Of a stretch of 64,000 nt of DNA, positions 28,709-37,714 are shown piece after piece. The stretch comes from Parcubacteria group bacterium (GTDB taxonomy: Bacteria > Patescibacteriota > Minisyncoccia > Phycocordibacterales > UBA2100): the NCBI GenBank assembly GCA_943358385.1, contig CALRGX010000004.1:10610-74609 (forward strand). The letters are read 5' to 3'. The notes beneath the pieces were generated by a model that did not search any database, was not told the DNA's origin, and saw only the letters and a list, made by a program, of their open reading frames with translations. The translations under genes were made by a program, and so were the position numbers. Every line of letters starts with the position of its first letter. Within the stretch, counting starts at the first letter, position 1.

Positions 28709-29830
28709 CTACGCTGCATTCCTTTCAAGCAGTATCTGGCACACATCAATTTTCCTTGCACGAAAAGATCCGGCGCACACCATCAGGTAATAGCGCCACA
28801 TACGGTAGAAACGCTCGTCATACAGTTTCCTGCCTGTACTATCCGTCGTTTCCTTGATGTCGTTCCAGGCACCACGAAAACGCTCATCCCATGCCATGAG
28901 CGTTTTATCATAATCCTGTCCGAAACGGTCTACCTCACGCATTGAAAAGAGACCACGCACTGCGACCTCCAGGTGCGTGAGGGACGGCAGCACGCCGTTG
29001 GGAAAAATACGCGTGGAGAGCCATACATCAGGTAGACCCTGGCCTAAAATTGCCTGAATAAGAAACGCTCCTCTTTCTTTCAAGGCACGGTGTGCGACCT
29101 CCATGTATGCACGCAGATTCTTTAACCCTACCGCCTCGATCATTTCGATTGAAACGACACGGTCGAAACTATTGTCGTACTCCTGCGGCAGCGTGCGGTA
29201 GTCACCCAGATAAAAAGTAACGGGAAGATCTTTGCAATGTTCTGCCGCAAATGCCAACTGCTCCTTAGAAACCGTAATGCCCACGACGCTCACCCCATAC
29301 TTTTTCGCCGCATAGGCAGCAAAGGTGCCCCAACCGCTTCCAATTTCAAGGACACGCATGCCGGGCTGAAGCTCAAGTTTTTTGCAAACCAGATCGAATT
29401 TCGCGTACTGTGCCTCGGTCAAGGTCGTCGCGCCAGTCCCGTAATAGCCCGCGCTGTACGCCATACTCTCGCCGAGCATATATTCATACAGACGGTTCCC
29501 GATATCGTAGTGCTGCTGCCCCACCTGAAATGCGCGGCGCACGCTTTGTAAATTAAAGACGCTGTCACGAAATCGCAAAAGCAGGTCGGAAAGCTGGCCG
29601 ATATTATTTTCCAGTTGTGCGCGCAGTACACGATAGAAAAACTCGTCGAGACGCTGGCAGTCCCACATACCGGATACATACGCATCTCCTAGTCCCAAAC
29701 TTCCCCACACAAAAGTACGCAGATACACGCCGCTGTTGTGAACCTGTGGGTCGTGTGGCTGTGTGCCATTTATTGTAATCTCCGCAGATTCAAGAAGCTG
29801 CGCAGCTTTTGTAGTAAAAAGTGCGTGCAT
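28709..29830 (-). CDS. cfa: Cyclopropane fatty acyl phospholipid synthase
   Basis: GSLGLGDAY..G.WDC, HYDIGN, VLEIGSGWG, VSIEMIEAVG, IFPNG.LP, RFYRMWRYYL. Confidence 0.92.
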   Translation of the reverse strand: MHALFTTKAAQLLESAEITINGTQPHDPQVHNSGVYLRTFVWGSLGLGDAYVSGMWDCQRLDEFFYRVLRAQLENNIGQLSDLLLRFRDSVFNLQSVRRAFQVGQQHYDIGNRLYEYMLGESMAYSAGYYGTGATTLTEAQYAKFDLVCKKLELQPGMRVLEIGSGWGTFAAYAAKKYGVSVVGITVSKEQLAFAAEHCKDLPVTFYLGDYRTLPQEYDNSFDRVVSIEMIEAVGLKNLRAYMEVAHRALKERGAFLIQAILGQGLPDVWLSTRIFPNGVLPSLTHLEVAVRGLFSMREVDRFGQDYDKTLMAWDERFRGAWNDIKETTDSTGRKLYDERFYRMWRYYLMVCAGSFRARKIDVCQILLERNAA

Positions 29831-29834
29831 ACTG

Positions 29835-30200
29835 CTAGTAACCGAGGAGTGTTACGGTCGTGAATATTCCCGCGCTGCTGTAGAACGCATATGCACTGCG
29901 TGGCAGCCGAACAACGCTCCACTCATTCCGTAGTGCGAACATTGCACCAACCACCGCGCACATGTAGAGCAGCATGCCCGAACACGCTGCCCAACCGGTC
30001 ACCGATGGGGACCACACCACCAGTAGCGCCCCTGTGCACAGGTCTGCAGCGGCAACAGCGAAAATCATGGTTCGCAGAGATTGTGATATCACTGCAGGGA
30101 AAGTGCCCACCGTTCCTACACGCACTAAAACACCAGCAATCAACACGAGGGTAGAGATACCTAGAACGATGTGCGTCAAAAGGATCGTACTCAGAATCAT
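29835..30200 (-). CDS. Hypothetical membrane protein
   Basis: 121 aa, 3-4 TMs, 4 nt upstream of cfa. Confidence 0.55.
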   Translation of the reverse strand: MILSTILLTHIVLGISTLVLIAGVLVRVGTVGTFPAVISQSLRTMIFAVAAADLCTGALLVVWSPSVTGWAACSGMLLYMCAVVGAMFALRNEWSVVRLPRSAYAFYSSAGIFTTVTLLGY

Positions 30201-30355
30201 ACAAGAGACATCATATCAAAGGTGCGCGTTTCAGCTACCTGTGGGCAAGATGAGCGACAGAACGTTATCATAGGCAAAGCTCGTTTATGACAGCGAGACC
30301 GAGACCATCGGTCTTCTAACAGTACTATCCTTGTGTGTCTGACAGAGTACTCGCT

Positions 30356-30892
30356 TTAGGGGTTGCGTACATGTGTGGTAGGTTCACTCACAGTCCAAAC
30401 AGCACAGGAGACGCGAATGAAGTTTGAAATGCAACCTGTCGAGAGTACAGGTAAAATTGTGAGCGCTGCCACGGTACATGTCTCGCGAAGCGTAGCGATG
30501 CGACACAATGCGGTTCCCGATGCAGAAGCAATCGAGCGAGTCAAGGCTAATTTCCAAGCGGCCGGTCTGCTGGGCTCAGTACGCCCTCGCTCGACGCTTG
30601 GTTGCTGGGGACCTGATTCTTGTCGAGTCGATGTGTCGTCGCTGTTTTTCAAGAAATCTTTCGCTAAATCAAGTTTCCTTTGCCGTCGCCATTTTTTAAT
30701 CTGTGCCTCGCGCCGCAAGGCCGAGAGTCTGTCTGGATGCTCTTCTGTATAGATAATGCTTACTATTTCTTTCGTGCTTGTGTAGCGCCCACCCTGTCCT
30801 TTTTTGTGCTGATTGAATCGGCGCTGTACGTCATTCGTAATTCCTGTGTAGAAAGCTCCGTCGCTGCATTCGAGAATATATAGAAAGTACAT
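30356..30892 (-). CDS. GIY-YIG nuclease with abnormal C-terminal read-through
   Basis: MYFLYILECSDGAFYTGITND..RRF.QH..G.GGRYT...REAQIKKW.RQRK; domain ends near 30650, frame stays open to 30356. Confidence 0.8.
   Translation of the reverse strand: MYFLYILECSDGAFYTGITNDVQRRFNQHKKGQGGRYTSTKEIVSIIYTEEHPDRLSALRREAQIKKWRRQRKLDLAKDFLKNSDDTSTRQESGPQQPSVERGRTEPSRPAAWKLALTRSIASASGTALCRIATLRETCTVAALTILPVLSTGCISNFIRVSCAVWTVSEPTTHVRNP
30417..30752 (+). CDS. Hypothetical orphan protein, probably 3'-truncated
   Basis: AGGAG SD before ATG 30417 (MKFEMQPV...); overlaps GIY-YIG antisense. Confidence 0.4.
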   Translation: MKFEMQPVESTGKIVSAATVHVSRSVAMRHNAVPDAEAIERVKANFQAAGLLGSVRPRSTLGCWGPDSCRVDVSSLFFKKSFAKSSFLCRRHFLICASRRKAESLSGCSSV

Positions 30893-30897
30893 AACGC

Positions 30898-30974
30898 CCT
30901 TCGACAAGCTCAGGGCACTTCTCCTCGCACAATGCGGTAGTGCCCGCACTGTGCGAGTGAAGCGAGTCGAAGTG
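30898..30974. repeat. REP-like palindromic element upstream of GIY-YIG
   Basis: CCCTTCGACAAGCTCAGGGCAC ... GAGTGAAGCGAGTCGAAGTG, with complementary CTTCGAC/GTCGAAG ends. Confidence 0.65.
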
Positions 30975-31133
30975 CTGCCGGACCTGGACGCGAAGTCGTC
31001 GCGCTGGGAAGGCGCTCCTCTTTGAGAACTCCTCCGTTCTCAACGCTCGTCTTCGCAAGCTCAGCCTCACTGCTCTCCGCCACGGGAAACAACCGTTTCC
31101 CGACCCCTTCCTTGTTCGAATCCAAGTCCGCAG
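30973..31133 (-). mobile_element. tRNA-Gln 3'-end-bounded structured element (putative MITE/ncRNA)
   Basis: Inverted tRNA 3' copy at 31114-31133, direct 16-nt copy at 30973-30988, core motifs shared with 48750-48967. Confidence 0.6.
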
Positions 31134-31156
31134 ATTCAACCTACGGTTTTCATTTG

Positions 31157-31227
31157 CTGCCGGACCTGGATTCGAACCAAGATAGCCTGCTTCAGAGGCA
31201 GGAGTCCTACCATTAGACGATCCGGCA
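31157..31227 (-). tRNA. tRNA-Gln(CTG)
   Basis: TGCCGGA/TCCGGCA acceptor, CCTGC-CTCTGAA-GCAGG anticodon arm, GGTTCGAATCC T-arm. Confidence 0.95.
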
Positions 31228-31260
31228 AATATTGAACGAAACGCCTGCTATGCAATAGCT

Positions 31261-31285
31261 AGGCGCGCCCGTATAGGGCGCGCCT
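31261..31285. terminator. GC hairpin near-identical to 19198-19224
   Basis: AGGCGCGCCC-GTATA-GGGCGCGCCT. Confidence 0.65.
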
Positions 31286-31307
31286 CTATAATACACGATT
31301 TCACCCC

Positions 31308-31679
31308 CTACTCAATCGAGACTGGCTCGATGGCATAGACCAAGCTCGCTTCTTCGCCCGTTTCGAGGTAGATGCACCGCTCATCGATGCGATGGGCCAC
31401 TTCGGCCAAGAGCATCGTTAGCGTGGGAATCCGCTCTTTGCCTAAGAACGCGACACGGTACGCTCGGTGCTCGCCGTAGGCTACTTCGCCATCATCGCGC
31501 ATCCAAAAACCGTACATGGTGGAACTCGCCGCTGTGTAGCCGCCGAATTCCTGTACTAGCACCTGGTGCAGATGCGCCTCGACAGTAATCCGCTCGGGCT
31601 CCATGAGGAGCTTCAGCTTCAGAGACGGCATAAGAAAGAATGCAGGCCTACCGAGCGACTGCATTTTGTAGCGTTTCAT
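31308..31679 (-). CDS. Hypothetical protein
   Basis: 123 aa from ATG 31679 with GAGGTG SD; FGGYT..G.W..GE..YGEH motif. Confidence 0.7.
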   Translation of the reverse strand: MKRYKMQSLGRPAFFLMPSLKLKLLMEPERITVEAHLHQVLVQEFGGYTAASSTMYGFWMRDDGEVAYGEHRAYRVAFLGKERIPTLTMLLAEVAHRIDERCIYLETGEEASLVYAIEPVSIE

Positions 31680-31868
31680 CAGAACACCTCTTCTTTGTTT
31701 CTGCGGATTCGAATGTAGCACGCCCGCCGTGTCTTGAGAACGCTTGAAAAACGTAGGATATACAGGCTATCTGTGCTATATTCGGCCGACTTGGTTTTCC
31801 ATTTTTGGTTCCCCAAGTTTTATCAGGGGACTATCGCCACGCGGTGATAGAACACAACACATAACACC

Positions 31869-31997
31869 ATGCCAGAAGAGACTATCATCCCAGCAGTTCC
31901 TGCTGAGGAAACTGTTCCTGCTACTGAGACTGCTGTTCCTGTAACCGAAACTCCTGCAGAAGAAGTTGCGGCTCCAGAAGTGCCTGCTCAGGTGTAA
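31869..31997 (+). CDS. 42-aa acidic low-complexity peptide MPEETIIPAVPAEETVPATETAVPVTETPAEEVAAPEVPAQV
   Basis: Manual translation; followed by terminator at 32002-32040. Confidence 0.65.
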   Translation: MPEETIIPAVPAEETVPATETAVPVTETPAEEVAAPEVPAQV

Positions 31998-32075
31998 GGA
32001 ATGCAAAAAGGCCGGCCACTTTGTGGCCGGCCTTTTTGCATTCACACGCCCGGTTCCTTTCCCTTTTATTTTTCC

Positions 32076-32615
32076 TTACTTCCCCTTTTGCCCTTTCAAA
32101 AGCTTCGCAAAACTCTTTTGCACTTTTTCCAACTTGGGCTCGATGACAATCTGGCAATATCCGGCCTGCTTGTTGTTTTGGTAGTAGTTTTGGTGATACT
32201 CCTCGGCAGGATAGAAATGCTCGAGCGGTGCCACTTGGGTGACCACCTGTAGGTGATCTGCCTGCAACTCCTCAATGTATGAATCTGCTGCTTCCTTCTG
32301 CACATCGGTCGTGTAGAAAATGGCCGAACGATACTGGGTACCCACATCAGCCCCTTGGCGATTCATCGTAGTCGGATCGTGCGACGCAAAATACACGGTG
32401 AGCAAGTCGCGGATTGATACCACACTTGGATCGTAGGTTACCTGCACTACCTCTACATGGCCCGTCATCTCCGCAGATACACGTTCATACGTAGGATTCG
32501 TGTCGGTGCCGCCTGCGTAGCCTGATGCAACGCTTTCCACGCCGCGTATCATCTTGAACACTGCCTCGATGCACCAAAAGCAGCCACCGCCAAACACGAT
32601 AGTTTCCGTTTTCAT
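32076..32615 (-). CDS. msrA: Peptide-methionine (S)-S-oxide reductase
   Basis: GGGCFWCIE, GYAGG, HDPT..NRQGADVGTQYRS, AEEYHQNYY. Confidence 0.95.
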   Translation of the reverse strand: MKTETIVFGGGCFWCIEAVFKMIRGVESVASGYAGGTDTNPTYERVSAEMTGHVEVVQVTYDPSVVSIRDLLTVYFASHDPTTMNRQGADVGTQYRSAIFYTTDVQKEAADSYIEELQADHLQVVTQVAPLEHFYPAEEYHQNYYQNNKQAGYCQIVIEPKLEKVQKSFAKLLKGQKGK

Positions 32616-32676
32616 TGACACAGTATAGTGCCTCCCGTATACAGAACATAGGCCACCTAGAGAAAGGAATACACCT

Positions 32677-33393
32677 ATGCACTTTGAAACGTTTCCGTTT
32701 GCGAGCCTTTTGGTAGGGCGCCATGGGCGCTCATGGGCCAACCTCGCGGCGGCTCGCGCCACCCTGGGCGATCACAGCCTCATCGAAAAGTTCCGGCACG
32801 AACACACTTCCGTAATGGAGCTTGACCCAGAAGGGGTAGCGCAGGCCAAACGCAAAGGTGTCTTTTTGAAGAGGCACGGGCTTTTGCCCTGCGACTTCCA
32901 CGCCACCTCGCGCTACGTACGCGCGATCGCCACAGCCACCCACATGGACGCCGAACAAGAATGGCATAAGGACGAGCGCTTGAACGAACGCAACTGGGGC
33001 CCGATGGACCAGATTTCGTCGACCGAACGAACACAGCGCTGGCCCACCTGGAAAATCGAAAAGGAAACCGACCCACACGAATGGACTCCCGTCGAAGGCG
33101 AATCGATTCGTGAGGTGCGCTTGCGGGTACTGCGCCTCTTGCACGAGCTCGGCGAGCGCTTCCCTCGAAAGAGAGGATGCATCGTGGCGCACGGCGAGAC
33201 GAATCTCGGCATCCAAGCGTGCATCGAGCGACTGACGCGCGAGGAATTCAACGAGCGAGAGAAGCACATGCGCATGGATAATGCGACACTCGTGCACTAT
33301 CACTCTGATGGAAACGGCCGGCTCTGGAAACGCACTATTGACCCGCACACCGAGACCGTCACTGACTGGAGTGAAGTACCGCTCGCACGGTGA
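32677..33393 (+). CDS. Histidine phosphatase family protein
   Basis: LVGRHGRS, S.YVRA..T, RLNER.WG, GES, VAHG. Confidence 0.85.
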   Translation: MHFETFPFASLLVGRHGRSWANLAAARATLGDHSLIEKFRHEHTSVMELDPEGVAQAKRKGVFLKRHGLLPCDFHATSRYVRAIATATHMDAEQEWHKDERLNERNWGPMDQISSTERTQRWPTWKIEKETDPHEWTPVEGESIREVRLRVLRLLHELGERFPRKRGCIVAHGETNLGIQACIERLTREEFNEREKHMRMDNATLVHYHSDGNGRLWKRTIDPHTETVTDWSEVPLAR

Positions 33394-33501
33394 GTAAATG
33401 CCCGGGGCGCGAAGCTATGCTTCGCGCCCTTTCGTACACGTGCGTTTGCCTGCAACAACATGCTTTGCTAGAGTCGCAAAAGCTTTTGAAAGGAGTCGCG
33501 C

Positions 33502-33720
33502 ATGAAATGCCCCCACTGTAACAGTCTACTAGTTCACGTACCCAATCGTTATATCCTTGACCCTGTTCCACAAGGATTCTACGACTGCTCAGGATGCAAA
33601 CGTGCCTACGCGCATTATGCATTTCCAGGAGAAGCAGACCTCTTTGCATGGCTCGCTGAATCCGAAGAAGAGCCATGGGATGAGTTTGTTGCGCGCAAAA
33701 GAAGCGAGAGGAACAATTGA
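33502..33720 (+). CDS. Small zinc-ribbon protein
   Basis: CPHC...CSGC; AGGAG SD. Confidence 0.65.
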   Translation: MKCPHCNSLLVHVPNRYILDPVPQGFYDCSGCKRAYAHYAFPGEADLFAWLAESEEEPWDEFVARKRSERNN

Positions 33721-33941
33721 TGGCGAAAGCACCCGAATGTAAGCAATGTGGTGCACCAATGGGCCGGCTCACTCGATTCGAATTGCCCGATGATATTCGA
33801 CCTCGTGAGGTACACAAATGTGGCCGATGCAAGGTCCAGCTCCTACTTTTTGGAGCGGCTGATGCGACGGTACGGGTGTGGCCTCACGAGCGACCGCCTG
33901 GGGAATCACTGGTCGCATATGTGACCCGTGTGAGGACGTGA
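33720..33941 (+). CDS. Small zinc-ribbon protein
   Basis: CKQC...CGRC; TGATG coupling to previous gene. Confidence 0.6.
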   Translation: MAKAPECKQCGAPMGRLTRFELPDDIRPREVHKCGRCKVQLLLFGAADATVRVWPHERPPGESLVAYVTRVRT

Positions 33942-34002
33942 ATATCAGCAGGCAGCAGAAGGACAGGACAGGGCGAAGCCACAAGCTTCGCCCTTTCATA
34001 TA

Positions 34003-34515
34003 CTACTCTTCGCGCAACTCATTCTTGAGAAAATCTGCCACGCGCTTTTCGCGCATCGCCACAGTGAACTTCTTTACCGTATCAATCATCACCGGCACTT
34101 CAAGGTAATCAATCAGGATGGCGACCCAGGCAAGCCACGCAGGAAGTACCGTGCCCCCTTCGTTAAATGCCGTTACCACAAATTCGTCCGTAATCCAGAA
34201 TATGTGCATCACCTGCGACAAAAGAAGCACCAAGTATAGCCATGCCTTGAAGCCTCCACCTTTGCGGATGTCGTTAATGTAAATCAGCGACACCGATATG
34301 AGTGCAGGAATTTCGGTATAGTCCACGAGCACAATCAAACTTTCAGCGAGCCCCGTAAACTGAAAGAGCGGCATGCCGAAAAACTTGCCCCAAATCACTT
34401 CCCCCAGAAGCCACACCAAGTGCACGATTTGTAGCGCAAAAAGGCCGAGTGCAATCGAAATGTTAAGTGTATAGGTACGGTCGTACCACTCCCAAAACTT
34501 TTGCCAGATATTCAT
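34003..34515 (-). CDS. Conserved-looking 4-TM membrane protein
   Basis: Duplicated Q..H..W / DY.E.P motifs; TACACT before ATG. Confidence 0.75.
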   Translation of the reverse strand: MNIWQKFWEWYDRTYTLNISIALGLFALQIVHLVWLLGEVIWGKFFGMPLFQFTGLAESLIVLVDYTEIPALISVSLIYINDIRKGGGFKAWLYLVLLLSQVMHIFWITDEFVVTAFNEGGTVLPAWLAWVAILIDYLEVPVMIDTVKKFTVAMREKRVADFLKNELREE

Positions 34516-34627
34516 GCACGCAGTGTACCGTACTAAAGCGTGACCAGACAGCCTCTTTAAGTAAATCTATATATGTTGTATAGTCCAAATAGTAACTAGC
34601 CATCACGAACAGCATGGAGCCACCGGC

Positions 34628-34930
34628 ATGCCCACACTTGCAAGTAGAGTCACACTCACGGCGACCATAGGAAACAACGGCCACATCACCATTGAAATAC
34701 CTGGCCTGACCGCAGATTTTTCTCTGACCGCTCCCCAGGGGCGGGTGGTTGCAGTTGACCTTGACCTGAGCGACCCGTCACATCTCCAGCAATTTGGTGA
34801 GCCGGGCACCGAAAAGTTTTTTGACCTCCTCTGCAGCTTGGATCAAACAACCCACGGAGGGGTCCGCGAAGTGCTCTCACGCATTTTTGCCGCAGGCTAT
34901 CGCGCCGGTCGCAGCGAGACACGGGGCTAA
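34628..34930 (+). CDS. Hypothetical orphan protein
   Basis: 100 aa ORF with GGAG SD. Confidence 0.55.
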   Translation: MPTLASRVTLTATIGNNGHITIEIPGLTADFSLTAPQGRVVAVDLDLSDPSHLQQFGEPGTEKFFDLLCSLDQTTHGGVREVLSRIFAAGYRAGRSETRG

Positions 34931-34964
34931 ATGTTTTTCAGAGCAACACCAAAGGTACAGCAGA

Positions 34965-36032
34965 TTATGCTGTACCTTCTCTTTTTGGGACGAACGCACC
35001 TCCAACGGCAACGACAATCTGCCTCTTTTCTCCTGCCTGCTCTCGCCATGCCACGACCTCCAAGCGAACCTGCCCGGCTCCAAGCTCTTGTAGCGCCTCC
35101 CGAAGCTCGTTCCCTTTTTCTACATTCTCAAGTTCAAGTACTTCTTTAAGCACAGCACCGATTTTAAGTGCATACGGATCCGGCAACTCGGTAATTGTGT
35201 GGTCACCTGCGACTGGTTGTGTACGCTGATACAAACGTATGGCAACAGTAGGCATCAGATCCATGGGATTTGCTGCAGGGCGGCCAACAGCACCGCCGAC
35301 ACGTGGTGCGTTTAACTGCAGAACTTGCAGACCACTCTGCGCACTCACTTCCGATTCCCCTAAGGTGAGATTCGCCAATCTTTCGACAATGCCGGTCTGC
35401 AAGAACATCTCGTGCAATCGGTCTTCAAATCTACTTCGACGAGCGATTGCACCCGGTGACTGGTCGTCAGTGTTTGATAGCATGTCGAGTGTTTCTCTAA
35501 TCTTTGCGAGGTATGCGACCGTAGTTCTTTCCGAAATGTTTGGTGCGCTAGGTGGGGTCTTAACTTCATCACTACGACCACCTTCTGCTGGAGAAGCTTC
35601 GCTTTCGGTGCCACTTGTGTCTGCAGCCACAGCCGCGTCTGGCTCTGCTTCAGGCGTAAAGGAGATAGGAGATTCTCGAAATGCATCGCCGCCCACTCTT
35701 TCCAACCACGCAGAAAATAGTGCAGCTCCTTCTTCACTCTCTATTGGTTGACGCAATGCAATTTCAAACTCAGGTAGCGCAACTCCCACATAGGCAGTCA
35801 AGCCTTCCTCGCCTACACGAAAATTAACAATCTGTTTGCTGCGTAAACCTTTTTTTGCGGCATAGACTGGCTCTCCTTGCGCGTTACACACGTCAAAACA
35901 TCTGAGCTTAATCATGTTTGGGTCAGACTCTCGTGCCCATGCAAGCACCTCGTTTACACTCGTAAGCGGAGCTTTTGGTTGCTCAGTACGTGCGGCGGGT
36001 CCTTTTGGCTGCTTCGGTCGTTTTTCTGGCAT
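34965..36032 (-). CDS. Hypothetical protein
   Basis: 355 aa ORF with acidic/Pro linker, no recognised motif. Confidence 0.7.
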   Translation of the reverse strand: MPEKRPKQPKGPAARTEQPKAPLTSVNEVLAWARESDPNMIKLRCFDVCNAQGEPVYAAKKGLRSKQIVNFRVGEEGLTAYVGVALPEFEIALRQPIESEEGAALFSAWLERVGGDAFRESPISFTPEAEPDAAVAADTSGTESEASPAEGGRSDEVKTPPSAPNISERTTVAYLAKIRETLDMLSNTDDQSPGAIARRSRFEDRLHEMFLQTGIVERLANLTLGESEVSAQSGLQVLQLNAPRVGGAVGRPAANPMDLMPTVAIRLYQRTQPVAGDHTITELPDPYALKIGAVLKEVLELENVEKGNELREALQELGAGQVRLEVVAWREQAGEKRQIVVAVGGAFVPKREGTA

Positions 36033-36088
36033 GGTTTTAGCGAGTTAATGTATGCCCCAATTGTACACCAGCGCGATTGTTGAGCGCA

Positions 36089-37714
36089 CTAATCAAGTGC
36101 CGCCTTAATAAAGGCCGTAAAGAGCGGATGCGGCGCAAGTGGTCGCGCTAGAAACTCTGGGTGGAATTGAGTGCCGAGCATGAATGGATGCACGGTGGTG
36201 GGCAGCTCGGCAATTTCCATCAGGCGCTTGTCCGGCGATGTACCAGAAAAGACGAGGCCTGCTTTGGTGAGTGTCTCGATGTACTCCGGATTCACCTCGT
36301 AGCGGTGGCGATGGCGCTCGGAAATCAGCTCACCGCCGTAGGCCTTGCGCGCGATGGTGCCCTTCCCCAGATAGGCCGGATACGCACCCAAACGCATCGT
36401 GCCGCCAAAATCTTTCTTGGCAATTTTTTCTTTTTGCTCGGGCATTACGTCTATCACCAAATCCTTTGCTTTCGGATTGATTTCCGCAGTGTGTGCATCC
36501 TTCAGCCCCGCTACGTGCCGTGCGTATTCCACCACCATCAGCTGCATGCCGTAGCAGAGGCCGAAGTATGGGATTTTGTTTTCTCGGGCAAAACGAATCG
36601 CCTGAATTTTTCCTTCGATACCTGTTTCGCCAAAGCCGCCCGGCACCAAAATGCCGTCGTAAGCATGCAGTTCGCCCACACGTTTACCGTCCACATAATC
36701 CGACGCATTCAACCAGTGCAGCTCAGGTTTTACGTTCAGGTCGTACGCAGAATACTTAAGTGCCTCGATGACAGAGATATACGCATCGGAGAGCACAAAA
36801 TCCCCCGAACCAAAATATTTCCCCACGATGCCAATTTTTACCGTACGCTTGCCGTTGTGGGCTTTTTTGGCAAACGACTGCCATGCAGAAAGACCTTTTC
36901 CGGTTTTCTTTCTCAGTTTTAATTCTTTTATCAAGATTTCAGATAGCTTGTCTCGCTCGAAATTAACGGGGACATCGTAGACACTCTCCACATCCGGCGC
37001 AGAAATCACATGCTTCACGGCGCACGACTCGGCAATCTTTTCCTTTCTTTTTTCATCGACAGGGACTGGCGCACGGGCAATCACAATATCGGGGTGTACG
37101 CCGTAGCCATTAAGCTGGCGAATGGCATTTTGCGTTGGTCGTGTCTTCATCTCTCCCACAGAACCTGGAACGGGTAGATACGAGACCAGCACAAAAACGA
37201 CATCCTCTGGGTGCTGCATGCGCATCACGCGTGCTGCATCGATAAAGAGCGCATTTTGGAAATCACCGATGGTGCCGCCGATTTCTATGATACTCACGTC
37301 CGAACCAGCCACTTTTGCCGCCTTTTCGAACCGTGCACGAATTTCATCGCGCACATGTGGAATGGCTTCAACAAATTTTCCTTTGTACCCCAAGTTACGC
37401 TCGCGTTGAATGACGGTCTGATACACCATGCCGCTCGTCATGTAATCCTCAGGCGTCAGGTCACGATTCAAAAAGCGCTCGTAGTTTCCCATGTCTTGGT
37501 CGGTCTCTAGGCCTGAATCAAGTACGAACACTTCCCCATGCTCGGTGGGGTTCATGGTGCCCGCGTCCACATTTAAATACGGGTCAACTTTTACGAGGTT
37601 CACCGAATAGCCCCGTGCCTGAAGCAGGTGCCCCATAGAAGCAGTGGCAATACCTTTGCCGACACCCGACATGACCCCGCCTAATACGAAAATGAATTTA
37701 TGTTTTTTGCTCAT
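36089..37714 (-). CDS. pyrG: CTP synthase
   Basis: GGVMSGVGKG, DPYLNVDAGTMNPTEHGEVFV, GLCYGMQ, ERHRHRYEVN, QFHPEF. Confidence 0.98.
   Translation of the reverse strand: MSKKHKFIFVLGGVMSGVGKGIATASMGHLLQARGYSVNLVKVDPYLNVDAGTMNPTEHGEVFVLDSGLETDQDMGNYERFLNRDLTPEDYMTSGMVYQTVIQRERNLGYKGKFVEAIPHVRDEIRARFEKAAKVAGSDVSIIEIGGTIGDFQNALFIDAARVMRMQHPEDVVFVLVSYLPVPGSVGEMKTRPTQNAIRQLNGYGVHPDIVIARAPVPVDEKRKEKIAESCAVKHVISAPDVESVYDVPVNFERDKLSEILIKELKLRKKTGKGLSAWQSFAKKAHNGKRTVKIGIVGKYFGSGDFVLSDAYISVIEALKYSAYDLNVKPELHWLNASDYVDGKRVGELHAYDGILVPGGFGETGIEGKIQAIRFARENKIPYFGLCYGMQLMVVEYARHVAGLKDAHTAEINPKAKDLVIDVMPEQKEKIAKKDFGGTMRLGAYPAYLGKGTIARKAYGGELISERHRHRYEVNPEYIETLTKAGLVFSGTSPDKRLMEIAELPTTVHPFMLGTQFHPEFLARPLAPHPLFTAFIKAALD

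Noticed and set aside
30973-31227. Prophage/ICE attL-attR at tRNA 3' duplications
   Set aside because: Direct copies are only about 170-250 nt apart, no integrase is present, and the inverted arm is not explained by integrase-type insertion.
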